A stretch of DNA of 64,000 nucleotides, taken from contig NW_002060951.1 of NCBI RefSeq assembly GCF_000150275.1, forward strand, positions 1,374,297 to 1,438,296, given 5' to 3'. Source of the DNA: Trichoplax adhaerens. Lineage: Eukaryota; Animalia; Placozoa. The number at the start of each line of letters is the position of its first letter. Within the stretch, counting starts at the first letter, position 1. The notes below the pieces were generated by a model that ran no database searches, had not been told where the DNA came from, and was given only the letters and a program-made list of their open reading frames with translations. Positions 14,701 through 27,400 of this stretch are shown here, one piece after another. The position numbers and the translations under genes are program-made.

Positions 14701-17242
14701 TAATATTGGCTAATCATGTTGATATTTTTAGTATTGTCTTATAGAAATTTAGTATGCTATTACATATATATAGGAGGAAATGATTGATGGTTTTTAACTT
14801 ACTATAAGTGTATTCTTAATTTATAGCCACTTTTTGGTGAAGATATTGATCCTGAAGATTTAGATTCTGGAGAGTCAAAAGATGTTACCATCGAAACGAA
14901 GGAAAAAGGGGATAACTCAGGAGAGACATCTACAACGACAAAAGTTACTTACAGCAATTATCGTACTTTTACCTTTCGTGAGCCTCAAAATGTAAGTTTT
15001 AATCTATATATTGTAGCATTCGATTGGAGTTCTAAAATAATTAATTAATTATTACTGGATGGAGTTCGCTATTGCATTATTTTCAATCATTGCATGGTTG
15101 GCTAATAAATCACGGTATTCGTTTAAAATGGCGAGAAAAACTCTTATTTTTGCTGCTCTATTTTCTAGAAATCTTTCAAAATCAAGATACCATCTATTGC
15201 TTACTTTAGTGTTTACATTTATAATAAAGAGCAAGAAAGGCAACAAAGCAAAAAGAAGACTAAAGTTTTTACAAAATCATCTTCCCTTCTTGATCTACGT
15301 AAAGGTAGTCTAGGTTTACTATTTAAATTTCAGCCGTTGTTATGCCAATATAAGTGATAGATTTAACTTTCATTCAAATGTAACTGTCTTTTCCTCTCGC
15401 AAATACTTGAACTGGGTTAATTGCTATTGCATAGTCGTACCAAGTACACAGAGAGGAAGTTTTATGGTACCCAATTCGTCTTGGAATGGCAACTCCATTC
15501 CTTTAATAGATAGTAATGGACATTTACCTGGTAGCACAGGTAATCGACTAACTGTGCCTAATTTTAATCGTGAAGTTCTATCAAGAAGTCGGCAAGATCT
15601 GCGAGCGAAAAATAACAAGAACACAGGAGAAGAAATGGATATTCGTAAGTATGATAAAACACCTTAGTGATTAAGCTATAAATTGTATTTTTACTCTCTG
15701 TATTTAGCTAGTCTTAGCGATGAACTTCGCTTCGATGGTAACTTAATTAGAGCTTATATTGTTGATGCATTCTATTTTAGATGAGTCGGTAGCCAGTAAT
15801 AGGAAGACCCCAATCCTCAGATTGCAAATGACCAATGAATCACTCGCTGTTCACTATCCATTAACCGATACTATTTTACTTCTCCTTTGCCAACTACTTC
15901 AACCTCATGATTCTGTTTTCTGTGTTAGCACAGTTCAACAAGCATTACTCTCCTTTTTTGGTAAAAATATTGAAAAGTAAGGGCATTAAACATGATTTGA
16001 GAGTTCGAAATTATCCAACACATGTTTCCATTCCGGATTTGAGTCGACTGTTTTCTTCTTACTTTGAATCAAATTGATTTTCATGTTTAATCTATTACAT
16101 AATCATATAATTGATCAGCTAATCCATTACTGATAGAAGTAATATTGATAGGTAATAAAATTTATAAATATTTTTTTCTTGTACGCGTATTAGCGTGATA
16201 TCTAGTGGAATTAAGGAATTTCTACGCAACTTTGGTTGGGACTACTATTTTAACTATCTTCATACATTTTTATGGCCAGAAGGCATTTGGCTAGCCAATG
16301 CATCATCTAATTCAACTATAGATGATGAAGGAGAGATTAGGAGAAATGCTGAAGAATGGATGACGAAAGGGTGTAATTGTGAGCTAAAATTGTTTATAGC
16401 AGTTAAAATATTTAACTAGTCCGATTGGAAGCTAGAGTTTTCTATCTTACTTATTTAGATTAATGAATTATCTTTTTTTTGATGCCTATTAGCTAAGATG
16501 ATTAAGAGATATTTTATTCTGTTGAAACTTTGAATATTTTTATGCATGGTATAGAAATCCATTAAATATTTCAACTTGACATGGCATACCGAAAATCAGT
16601 TTTTATCTGATATAGTGCATGACATGATGCTTATCTTATCAATAATATCTTAGTCCATATTCCATTCCGTAAATGTTTTAATAACTTTACTTTCATTGTA
16701 ATTTTATTTTAAACTGTACATTTAGATATATCTTAATGTCATGGCTACTACCGTTAATAATTTTTCATATTTATTTTTAAATTATTCTTTAACACTACAT
16801 TACAGAGGCTATAGTCAGTAGCACAACTTTTGCTTTATTATTATTGTAAAAACTACGTTCTGATTAATAAGTACCCTAGATAAGGACTTTTATTTTATAA
16901 CCTGCAACTTTAACTATATCAACTATTCTATTCCAATTCTGATTTAGCATTATTCAGCTATTTACTCAATGAAGATCAAAGCCGGATAACGGCTGAAAAT
17001 ATTGTCCTCTGTTTTCAAAATAGAAAGATTAATAGGTTGGTAATATCCCAGTTATACTCTGATTACTTCTATAATGGCCATACGGAAAAAATTGTGATTC
17101 TTCCCCCTATTTACTTTGTAGATACGTCGTCTTAAAGTTACTGGATGCCATAATGTCCATGATTGTAACAGAAGCCGAAGATAAAGATTTTCAACGTCAT
17201 TTCTTAAATTTACAATTTCAATCCTTAAGGATTAAATATTAA
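8725..17242 (+). CDS. SNX19: PXA-PX-Nexin_C sorting nexin without a recognisable RGS domain (SNX19-like)
   Basis: Two N-terminal hydrophobic segments, then a PXA domain (ELNKLINYICRDFISTWYKNLS...VRYLLREILASHILQSIIRSLSEPRIIN). PX domain: YTLYCIE...HHRFSEFFAL...ENRRDMLECYLK|VLISRPRLRNSVEFQQF. C-terminal Nexin_C: YLHTFLWPEG...FQNRKINRYVVLKLLDAIM. Stop at 17240-17242. The paralogue name is an inference from the missing RGS domain. Confidence 0.8.
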
Positions 17243-18719
17243 TAGAGGGTTAGCATGAAAAGTTACCAAGTAGTAATGCAAGATGAGTACAATAGAGTAG
17301 TTAATAATTGGTACTATTGCTAAAGCTAGCTTGTAAGGATGATGATAATTTTAATTTGCTAGATTGTTGTAATACATACATACATAAATAATTTTTTAAT
17401 TCAATGGTGTTCGAGTTCATCTCTGTATACATATACGTCTGTTTATTATAGCGGTTAGCTCAATTTTAGGATTTTTCATCGATAATTTGCGCCGCTGTGT
17501 ATATAGAAATACTGTTAAAAAGATATCATAATGATTATGGCTTGCAATAGGATCTTTTTTCTCGTAATATAGTTTAAGGCAGATATATAAAGTATTTTTA
17601 TTAACGATGCAATCGTGTTAGTCTAGTAAACTTAATACTGTACTACTGTAAAATTTGATTGAAAGCTTGAATAAATAATTTTTGGTTTAGGGATTGTTTC
17701 ATTCTTCGTTTTATTGCTGAGTGCAAAAAAGGATTTACGTTCTTTTTGTGAAAGATTCTGGTATTAAAACAATCATTCGTTGCATATTAATGAAGCCACA
17801 GTAACATCCTAAAGCAAGAAATTGTATGGGTCATCAAGTTTAAGATCTTTGAAAGTTCAAATCCTGATTTCATCTCCAGCATACCTAAATTAGAACGTTG
17901 CTTATACTATTACTTTACATCCAATCACATGTTTATACTGAATTGCACGACAACTTTCTGACAATTTGGACTTGACATAAGGAAGGATCTTCAGGATCAT
18001 TTAAAAATTTTCTGTATCATTTGATAGTTGTTAAGTGAATTATTTACAGTCATACTTGATTGCATTCTATTATATCTCGAAGAACTAAAACTAAGGGTGA
18101 TAACTGATGTAGTTGAAAATATCCCTACACAATTTCGTAAATCGATTTATAAACGGGTTAGTATTTTAGGCGGTGGTATAACTAGTCTCATTCAGTCTAA
18201 TAAGGATAACGCACAGCCTCTGTTTTAGGTTATAATAGGCATAATAGGATAATGGAGTAATTTGGTTATTTATAGGTTAGTAAATAATCTTTCAATTTCA
18301 AGAAAAATTAACAATCACAGAAAGAAAATTTTCAATCAGTTTTAATTCGATTATCCTTTCCACTATATGTGTATTATTACAGCGTTCAATCATACGCTTA
18401 TTTACAGTAGTACTTGGTTTCCCTTGATGATATACAAAAAACTTTTAACAGGATATGTTTCGCAAAATTCCCTGCAAGCTATACAGTGTATGTATTATTT
18501 ATTTACAGTACAGGACCAGTATTCAATTATTCTTTACGACAGCTTTAGATAGAGCACAAATCGTAGCTTGTAAGTAAGCCTTTTCCACTATGATATTCAA
18601 AGATGGCTTGAGATCGTTTGGAGATAGGTATAGCTTATTTTACTTTTGATTACATTGTCTTAGAATTTTAAAAAACTTTAAAAATTTCGATGGATTCCTG
18701 AAGATGAAGATAGGAAGCC

Positions 18720-19790
18720 AGAAAAATGATATCATTGAATCTCATGTTGACTTTATTGATTGCAGAATAACCGACGGTACTACTACGATAGGATAGATCG
18801 TATATACTAGCTCAAATATCGGTAAACTATAATAAAAGGCGGAAAAAGGAAATTATACAGTTAAGTCTGCTGCTGACTTGAATGATTATAGAACAATCTA
18901 CTATAATAACACAGTAGATCGTATTTACTAGACCAAATAGCGGTAATGCATGACCAAAAAGAGAAAAATGATACATCCAAATTTTGTGCAGACTTGATTT
19001 GATCGTAGAACAATCTTATACTTCGAGTATAATAGGTCAGATCATGTTTACTTGACCAAATAGCGGTAATAAAAGGTTCCCCAAATGGAAAATAATCTAG
19101 TTAAGGCGGCTGCTGAGTTGATGGATCGCAGAATAATTTAATTGATAATTTATCGTAGTATTAGGTCGCGCTTAACGAAAGCGATATACTGTAATTAAAT
19201 CTGGTGCTGACTTGATCATAGTAGAATAATCTACTATTACGAGTCTGAAAAGTTAGATCATGCTTACTAAGCCAAATATCAGCGATACAAGACCCTAAAA
19301 GAGAAAAAATGATCATAAAGTCTTGTGCTGACTTGATTCTATCGTCGATGTTAGATATTGTGGTATGATTCTGCTGTGCATTCTAATTTATCCGAATAGT
19401 CTACTACTAGCGAATAGGATAGATCGTGGTTACTAGGCCAAATAGTGGTAAGATATGTCCCCCAAATGAAGAAAATGCATAGTTAAGTCTAACTATGATC
19501 GATTAGATCATGCTAACTAAGGAAGAAAATGATATAGTTAAGTCTTGGGATGACTTGATTGATTGATTGTCGTATTCGCGCAATTTACTGCTATGATCGA
19601 CTAGATTGTGCTTGCTAGGCCGAAGAGTAGTGATAGAAGGTGCCGTAAAATGGAAGAAAATGATATATCAGTAATTAAGTCTTGTGATGACCTGATTGGC
19701 CGTTGAATAATCTACTACCATGATAGATGAGGTCGTGCTTACTTGGCCAAATACCAGTAATATAATAAGCTAGATATAAAGAGAGAACAA
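18720..19790 (-). repeat. Degenerate ~120-bp tandem array (~8 copies) derived from the ANKRD46 CDS 3' end
   Basis: Recurring units ttaagtc..tgacttgat..gaa(c/t)aatctact..agatc(a/g)tg(c/t)ttact..ccaaata..ggtaat..gaaaatgat. Unit starts are at about 18861, 18980, 19101, 19195, 19316, 19483 and 19538; the real stop is at 19675. Confidence 0.85.
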
Positions 19791-20316
19791 CAAGAAAGAG
19801 GAATATTGCTATTAACTTTGCTAAGCCAAAATGATGATAAACCGATTTAATGGTTGTAGAGATTGAAGTTAACACGCTAACTCGAGGTTGGTTTGTCCTA
19901 TTACGTAATTTAATCCATGATTGACCTTGTAATGCAGTAGCGATTTGTTCGTTTTGATATCCAGACAAGAAGTCGATGAGCTCCGATCGGCCACCAAGAC
20001 GGCGTACATAATCCACAGCTCGATCACCACGAAGATTGCGATGTTGAATATCAGCACCATGACTGCTTAAAAATTGTGCACTTTGTAGCTTGAGGGAGAA
20101 AAAGAGTGGAGAGTTACCTTGGTGATCTAAAGCCATGGGGTCTGCGCCATTCTCCAATAAACATTGGATTAGATCGAGGCGACCACGGCTAACTGCAATA
20201 TGTAAAGCAGTACGGCCATATTCGTCTTTTTCATTGATCTCTTGAGGATGGTTGGCAATTAATGAAGTAATCGTCTGGACTTGGATGCCTTCGTCTCGGA
20301 TTAATTCTGTTAACAT
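19675..20316 (-). CDS. ANKRD46: Ankyrin-repeat, tail-anchored membrane protein (ANKRD46-like), intronless CDS
   Basis: Ankyrin repeats (GRTALHIAVSRGRLDLIQCLLENGADP..DHQGNSPL) plus a C-terminal TM segment LIAIFLFLVVLSLYLAYYITGIWP, resembling the ANKRD46 'LSLGIAYYVSG' tail. Confidence 0.8.
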   Translation of the reverse strand: MLTELIRDEGIQVQTITSLIANHPQEINEKDEYGRTALHIAVSRGRLDLIQCLLENGADPMALDHQGNSPLFFSLKLQSAQFLSSHGADIQHRNLRGDRAVDYVRRLGGRSELIDFLSGYQNEQIATALQGQSWIKLRNRTNQPRVSVLTSISTTIKSVYHHFGLAKLIAIFLFLVVLSLYLAYYITGIWPSKHDLIYHGSRLFNGQSGHHKT

Positions 20317-21019
20317 GTTGGAAATGTGGAAGGATAACTATTAGCATCTCCAGGGCTGGAACTGGAATTCTACCCCTGGGCTAGTTGCCACCCAGTGACT
20401 TTACCGTAGGTCGAGAGTTAACCCCGGTAAGTAGGCCACGTACCGCTGGCTACAACTATAGAACAGTATGGGTGTTTACGGATGTATTGGGCACTAGATA
20501 CTACTTTTGAGTCATAACAAGAGTGTCAGCGTATGGCAATTAACACCGGTCATTCTTCATACATTGTTTTTTCCTTAGCCTATAATGGCTATACTGAGTA
20601 GTGTATTGATTATCCATTGGAGGTAATCTTATAGCATATGCACCATGTTACAAGCGCATAGTCTTTGGATGCTAACTATGTAACGAAACATGACTCGGTG
20701 CACATTTGAAGTGTTTGCCACACTATACTCGTCAACATCTTCCAAATGTCGCTTATTTACGGACTATCAATGAATGGGTAAAACTAATATTAATCAAGCT
20801 TATCGATATTATGTAGCGATGGCACAACACCGCCATTGCACCATACACTTCTATGGCTATGATGTAGCTATCTTTTATAATTAAGCCAGAAGGAGTTTTG
20901 GAATACTATCGAGAAGTGCAATGACAGCAATAATGGCGGTGTTATACTATTGCGCAGATCGGTGACATTAATTTTAGATATATTTCACTTGTGTATATGA
21001 ATCTTGAGCAAAACTAATA

Positions 21020-21230
21020 TCACATACTGGACGTATAGTACTGTGTACTGTAGTTCATGATGATAAGTACAGTACTGGATGTACTGTACTGCACAGTATA
21101 AAGTACTGTAACTGCCATACGCTGACGCTAGCTCCAGTAACCAATCAGATCGCGCCTTGACAAGATTTAAATTCAAACTTGATTAATTTACTGTACGAGT
21201 GATTGCGATCCAGTCATTAAAAACTTGAAA
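21020..21230. promoter_or_regulatory. Bidirectional promoter ANKRD46/CENPE with TACTGTAC array, CCAAT box and CHR-like elements
   Basis: TACTG/CAGTA cluster at 21025-21110; AACCAATCAG at 21139-21148; CGCGCC at 21151; TTTAAA at 21166 and TTCAAA at 21172. Lies between divergent genes. Confidence 0.6.
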
Positions 21231-21426
21231 TTGCTCAAGGTAAGGTAGAATATTATTTCTTGATGATCTTTATAGCCATCGTATTCTTGTCATATTGGCT
21301 TAGTACAGTAAACTAACGAGCCTGACACGGATTACATTGATTGTAGGTAGAAAGTATTTCTTGTCATCGTAACGTTAAAACATTTCAATCATTTCCAACT
21401 GGCTCAACTTGACTAGAAAACAAAAC

Positions 21427-24400
21427 ATGGATACCATTCATGTGGCTGTAAGAGCTCGGCCACTCATTAAAAGGTAAAGCCATCTTTTTTACTTATTCTA
21501 TGAACATCAGTAAATTCTTATTGCTATTTTTATCCTGAATACAAATATGCATAACTCACAGTAGGAAAGAATTCAATTATCAGACAGTTTCTACTGGCGA
21601 TGAGCATGTACTGCAGATGAAGTAAAATGATAAATGAAATTATTTTTTATTTTTTTTTGCCATAAACAAAATAGGGAGAAAGAAGCTTGCGGTAAAATTT
21701 ACTGGCATTCCAATGAAAACACCATTTATCAAACTGGGACGAATAATCGTCCGATACCGTCTGCAACGTTCTATTTTGGTAAAGGGACAATTCTCAACAT
21801 GTCTTACTCATTTCTAATTGTATATATTATTAGCAAATACTAGAATATTGCAACATATAGTAAATAGATAGTTGATCGTCAAGAAATATCAATCGAAAAA
21901 AGTATACAGTAGTTAGTTCAATTTTCGTAATAAAACTTGCGCTAAGCTACGTCTTTTTCGCTACACAAATAGCAAGGGCTTTATTTACTTCAAAAGGATA
22001 GCTCTGATGAAATAGTTGTACTTATTAATCATTGAAAAGTCATACAGTTAGTAACAGTAGCTTTCAGGATCGCTATTCGTAGCGATTGCCAATGCCGTCC
22101 GTCTCCAAAATAATGGTTACAGACCAATAGAGATGAACTAAAACTATAGCAGTAGTTTGTTTGATAATAATAGTTAAGCGTAGGCTTCGCCCATTGCCAA
22201 TGCCATCTATTTAAAGTTAATAACTAGAAAGTGACATCTATAACTAAGTAAATCCAATAGAGTATTAGTACTGTATACTATACAATCGATGGCAATAATT
22301 CATGCTACCCATTTAAAGTAAATAATACCTACATGGAAATTGATCCAATTACATCTGCCACCCATATTGATTCATCCTTTTCTTACCGTAGATCATGTCT
22401 TTGCTAACGAAAATGACAACAGCGATGTTTATCAAAAAGTCGCTAGTCCAATTGTTACAGCAGCCATGGAAGGATTCAATGGTATGTCTAACATAGTGAA
22501 AATGCAATTAAATTATCTACTATTGGACACTTACTAGCGTACGAAGACAAAAAGTTCTAATTATTCGATTTCTGTAAAACATGTATTCGCTATACCCATT
22601 CTCAATAGAGTTGACCCTAGCGATTAATCTATAATATCGTACATCTATTTCTACATCAAGGTACCATCTTCGCTTATGGCCAGACGTCATCTGGTAAAAC
22701 CCATACGATGATGGGCAACCATAATGATCCCGGTGTTATTCCATTAGCTGTTAACGAAATATTTCGTTACATCAATCAGGTAGTTTGTGTTCAGATGTAA
22801 ATATTGTAATACTTCCGACTCTAATTTGGATAGTGATTCAATTGCTGAAAATCGTTTTCGTATATCTTCAGTATAAATGTACATAATGCTTATCTTCTAT
22901 TATTTTAGAAACCAAATCGGGAATTTCTACTAAGAGTTTCCTACATGGAAATTTATAACGAGGTATGATATGTCAATGTGACTTCAGTAGCTAACCATAG
23001 CAATTATTATCAACGACTTAATGTATGGAATAAAAAAATAAATCGAATTTAGGTTATTACTGATTTACTAAATCCGTCCAATACTAACCTGAAAATTCAT
23101 GAGAATCAAAAGGTTTGCCCTGGAACTATTATACAATTTTTTACGCCAGTCTACAAAAACATGTTATTCTTTGTTTTCATCTTAATTACTATTGGATTTC
23201 GTAAGTAGCTCTTTTAAATCATACTTTAACTATTTTATAATTCAGAAAGAGGTCTATGTTGGAAGCTTAACGGAGAATATCGTCAATTCACCGAGTCAAA
23301 TTCTAACTATTATGACTCAAGGAGAAAGTTAGTTGTAATTCTATGAAGTAGATAATAATATAACATATATAAAAGCTATTGGTAATCATTATATGGATAA
23401 TTTTTAATGCCCATAAATGAACCTTGACTAATTTTTTTATTTCGATGCATTTCATTATAGCTCATCGTCATACCGGTGGAACAAATATGAATGAAAGAAG
23501 TAGTCGATCACATACTATATTTAGAATGGTTAGCGTTATGATAGTAACTTTTTCTCATAGGTATAGCTGAATTATTCATATTATTATTGGGACATATATT
23601 CTGTAGATTATCGAAAGTCGCGAACAAAACCAAGATCAGAATGAAGCTGATCAAGACACTGCTGTTAAAGTTTCAGCACTGGTTAGTTATTGTCATTAGG
23701 AAGTTATGGCTTTTCCCAATTTTATAGCTAAGAATGGAATAATAATATCAGAAAAATTTGATCCGTTTTACTTATGTGATTATTTGTACTGTACTACATA
23801 CGCATATACATGTATTAGTAATTTATTTTGATTTTATTAAAGTCATACATACAAGTATAGCTATTGATAACTTGATTCTAAAACAAAATATAACAGAATA
23901 TATTGATGATACTTAAGTGAATCATACTAACTATTATTATCTATTTTTCAGAATCTGGTAGACTTAGCTGGATCAGAGCGCGTATCTCAAACTGGTTCAG
24001 AGGGTAACTTAATTATAAATAAAAAATATATGTAATTGTAGCGTAGATAATTTTTTTGACGATTGTACTTGTTTAATGCCTCATGAAAAAAAGTTACTTT
24101 CTACTTTATTGATTGCCTAAAAAATTTAATTTTTATGCGATAGGAATAAGATTAAAAGAAGGTGGCTTTATTAATAAGAGCTTATTAACATTGGGAAGTG
24201 TTATCGCAAAACTTAGTGAAGGCGAAGGGTAATTATGACATGCCTACTTAGAAATCTAACTAAATTTAATTATAAAAATTCTTCCTTTTTAAAATATTTC
24301 TCTATCCATTTTTTTCTATTTTGTATTAGAAATTTTATCCCATTCAGAGATTCTAAATTGACGAGAATACTTCAATCATCTCTTGGCGGCAATGCTTTAA

Positions 24401-27400
24401 CTGCAATAATATGTACGGTAACGCCAGTATCATTAGATGAAACGTCGAGTACCTTGAAATTTGCTAGTCGAGCTAAGAAAATCAAGAATAAACCAGAAGT
24501 AAATGAAGTTGTCGATGATGAAACACTTATGCGAAGATATCGTAAAGAGATTAAACGACTTCAACGTCAATTAGCAAGAGTAAGTTGCAACCTCTGCAGC
24601 ATGGAATATACCGTTACTGCCCCAATATTGCGTTTGATAATCATAATTTCTAGCTATATTAGCATAGATAGTAATCGCCACTACTTTATATCATTGATGT
24701 TTATAGAAAACAGATACTTTTGATGATATAGAAGAATTAAAAATGGAGAATGCATTGATGAAGGAAAAGATGCAAAATTTATCAAAACTGATTTACTCTT
24801 CTTCGTCTTCCTCTTCGCCCAATCAAAGGAAGATTAAGGTAACCTGTTTTAAATATAACATAAACTAAGAAGATAAGCAAGAGATTGATATGTTAATGAA
24901 ATTTTAATTTAATTGGCAATGCGCTTATATTTATTTCTCATTTCGGCATTACCGCCATTAAACCATAACTAACTAAGACCTCCTGATTGTAACTTTTAGA
25001 GATCTTCACGTCGAGAAACTTGGTGTCCTGGACACCTTAAAGTGCCATTGCTAAGCAATATTCTTGAATTAAGCAGTGATCAAGTATATCAAGATGATGG
25101 AAATTCAATGTCAGATGAGGAAGCTGTAGAATCTTGTAACAAAGCAACAAAGAGAGCACGTTTTTCTACTGAGCTAACAGAGACAAGCTCAGAATTACGA
25201 GCTGGGAGCGAATTAATTGAACTCGAGATGAGCGAAGGAGATCTTAGCCAGACAAATGGCAATATTTATGTAAGAGGATTAGAGAAAATTTTTTTAATAT
25301 ATTACGCTACGATGATGAAATAAATTCGCATAAGCAAATGAATTAATCCATAGCAATATGATATTTATATCAATAGGTAAATACACGCCGTCGCTCGAAA
25401 ATAGAAAACAATGATGTACGTTAATTGATGCTTATATTATGAAGCTTAGACGGTTGTATAAAAGTAGTGTTAATCGACAGATAATCATAAATTTTTTACA
25501 GATCAATAGTTTGCAACGAGAAAATGAACAGCTTCATCAGATTATTGAACAGATGCAACTTAAAAATGATTTGCTTAATCGCAATGAAGAGGTATGATGA
25601 TGGGCACTTATGCCATATTAGAAACCTGTAAAAGGATAAATAGATTATTAATTTGTGGATGTTTATTAATTTTGTAGGCAAATGATTTACTGATGGAAAA
25701 CGAAGAACTTTGTCGTGTCATTGAACAGATACAAAATAAAAATGGTTCCCCAGAACAAAGTATTTATCAAGACCTATTGCACATTAGAAATGAAAGTGAT
25801 CAATTAAATTGTCGAGCTGAAGATCGAAATATTCAATGTCAGTTGAAATTGGATTCATTAGAGACGAGAGGACTTGAAATTCAACAAGTTATTGATAATT
25901 TTAAGGCTGAGTTACTGCGGCTAAAAGAATCAGAATTGGATGATATAGACGATTTCGCTGATGAAAATCAATATTATACGCTGATTGGTGTCGAGGCTGC
26001 AATGCAATCATTAAGCGATCAACTCTACGAATATTCTCAATTAGCGGAAATATTGAAATTAGAACTGAATGCGAAAGAGTGCATTATTTCTAATTTACGT
26101 GAGTTTAAACGTGATGCTACGGTTCTTTTACGTGATCAAGAAGAAAAGTTGAACAAAACGCAAGAAAGTCATCAAGAATTTCAACAGCATCAGTCAGCTA
26201 GAGATGACTTAGAACAATGCTTGAGTAAATTACAAAAACAACTGCAACAATCAGAAGATGCCAAGTATGCTTTGGAACGTGAACATTCTGATTATATAAC
26301 TACCTTGATGACGGAGAAAGATAGCTTAAAAGAAGAATATTCGACATTACACAAGCAATATACCGAAGATAAGTCTCAATTTGAATCAAAATTGACAGAA
26401 ATTTCAAGTGACAAAGAACATCTGGAAAGAGAGATTCGAGATCTTTCTGATACATTAGATCAGAAAGAATGTGAATACTTGGTCAATATTGCTATTTATG
26501 AGAAACAGTTAACAGAAATAATGACGGACAAGATGCAATTAGAAGAGAAATTAAGTAATATTGAAAAAGAGGCATTACAAGAACATTTCAAAGAACAATT
26601 GCATCAGGCAAATGAAGCAGTAGATGCCTTAACTAAAGAATTAAGTGAAATAAAGCAAAAACTAGATGATGAGAAGAATACTTGTCAAGAAATTCAAAGC
26701 AAATATGATGATTTGCTGAAGAGTTATGATGACGACAAGAATAATAAGGGAACTGATGAGGTAGATCAGTTAAAGGCCACTATTGAATCATTAACACAAA
26801 ATCTTGATAAACTGCACAATCATAATAAAGTTACTCTAATGGAAAAAGAACAATTAATTCATGATATTGAGTCATTAAAACAAGACTTGTTACAATTAAA
26901 AGAAGAAAATATTCAAACGGAAGAAAAGTTAAAAGCTATGGAAGTTCACGATAAGGATATTAATTTGCAAGATAACGATAATTCTTATCAAAAGTTAAGT
27001 GCTGCTATGGAATTGTTAAAGCAAGAAGTGAGTGCGGCTCAAGATAAGATCTCAAACTTGGAATTCCAAACAACGACTCTAGAGGAAGAAAAGAGTCATT
27101 TACTCAATCAATTTGATGTTGAAAAAAATAATCTAAAGATGGATAATACAGCATTAAAGCAACAATTATTTAAGCTTAAAGAAAGTAACAAGATGCTCCA
27201 TCATCAATTGGATGTTATGGAAGAAGAGAACAACTACCATGAAGAATCTACATCAACTGTGATTGCGACATTGCAGGATGATATTCGAAAGCTGACAGAG
27301 CAAAATGCTTTTGTGACAGAACGTAAGAAGGTGTTAGAAGTTGAGCTAAAACAAACAGATGATAACAATACCGAATTACAAGAACAGTGCGAGTTACTCT

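Noticed and set aside
18028-18228. ORF with an actin/ARP-like phrase (IPTQFRKSIYKRVSILGGG)
   Set aside because: Only a short resemblance, with no other actin motifs or exon structure.
20349-20380. GC-rich hairpin (CCAGGG...CCCTGG) in the ANKRD46 5' leader
   Set aside because: Short imperfect stem, lacks the IRE CAGUGN loop, and no known family was recognised.
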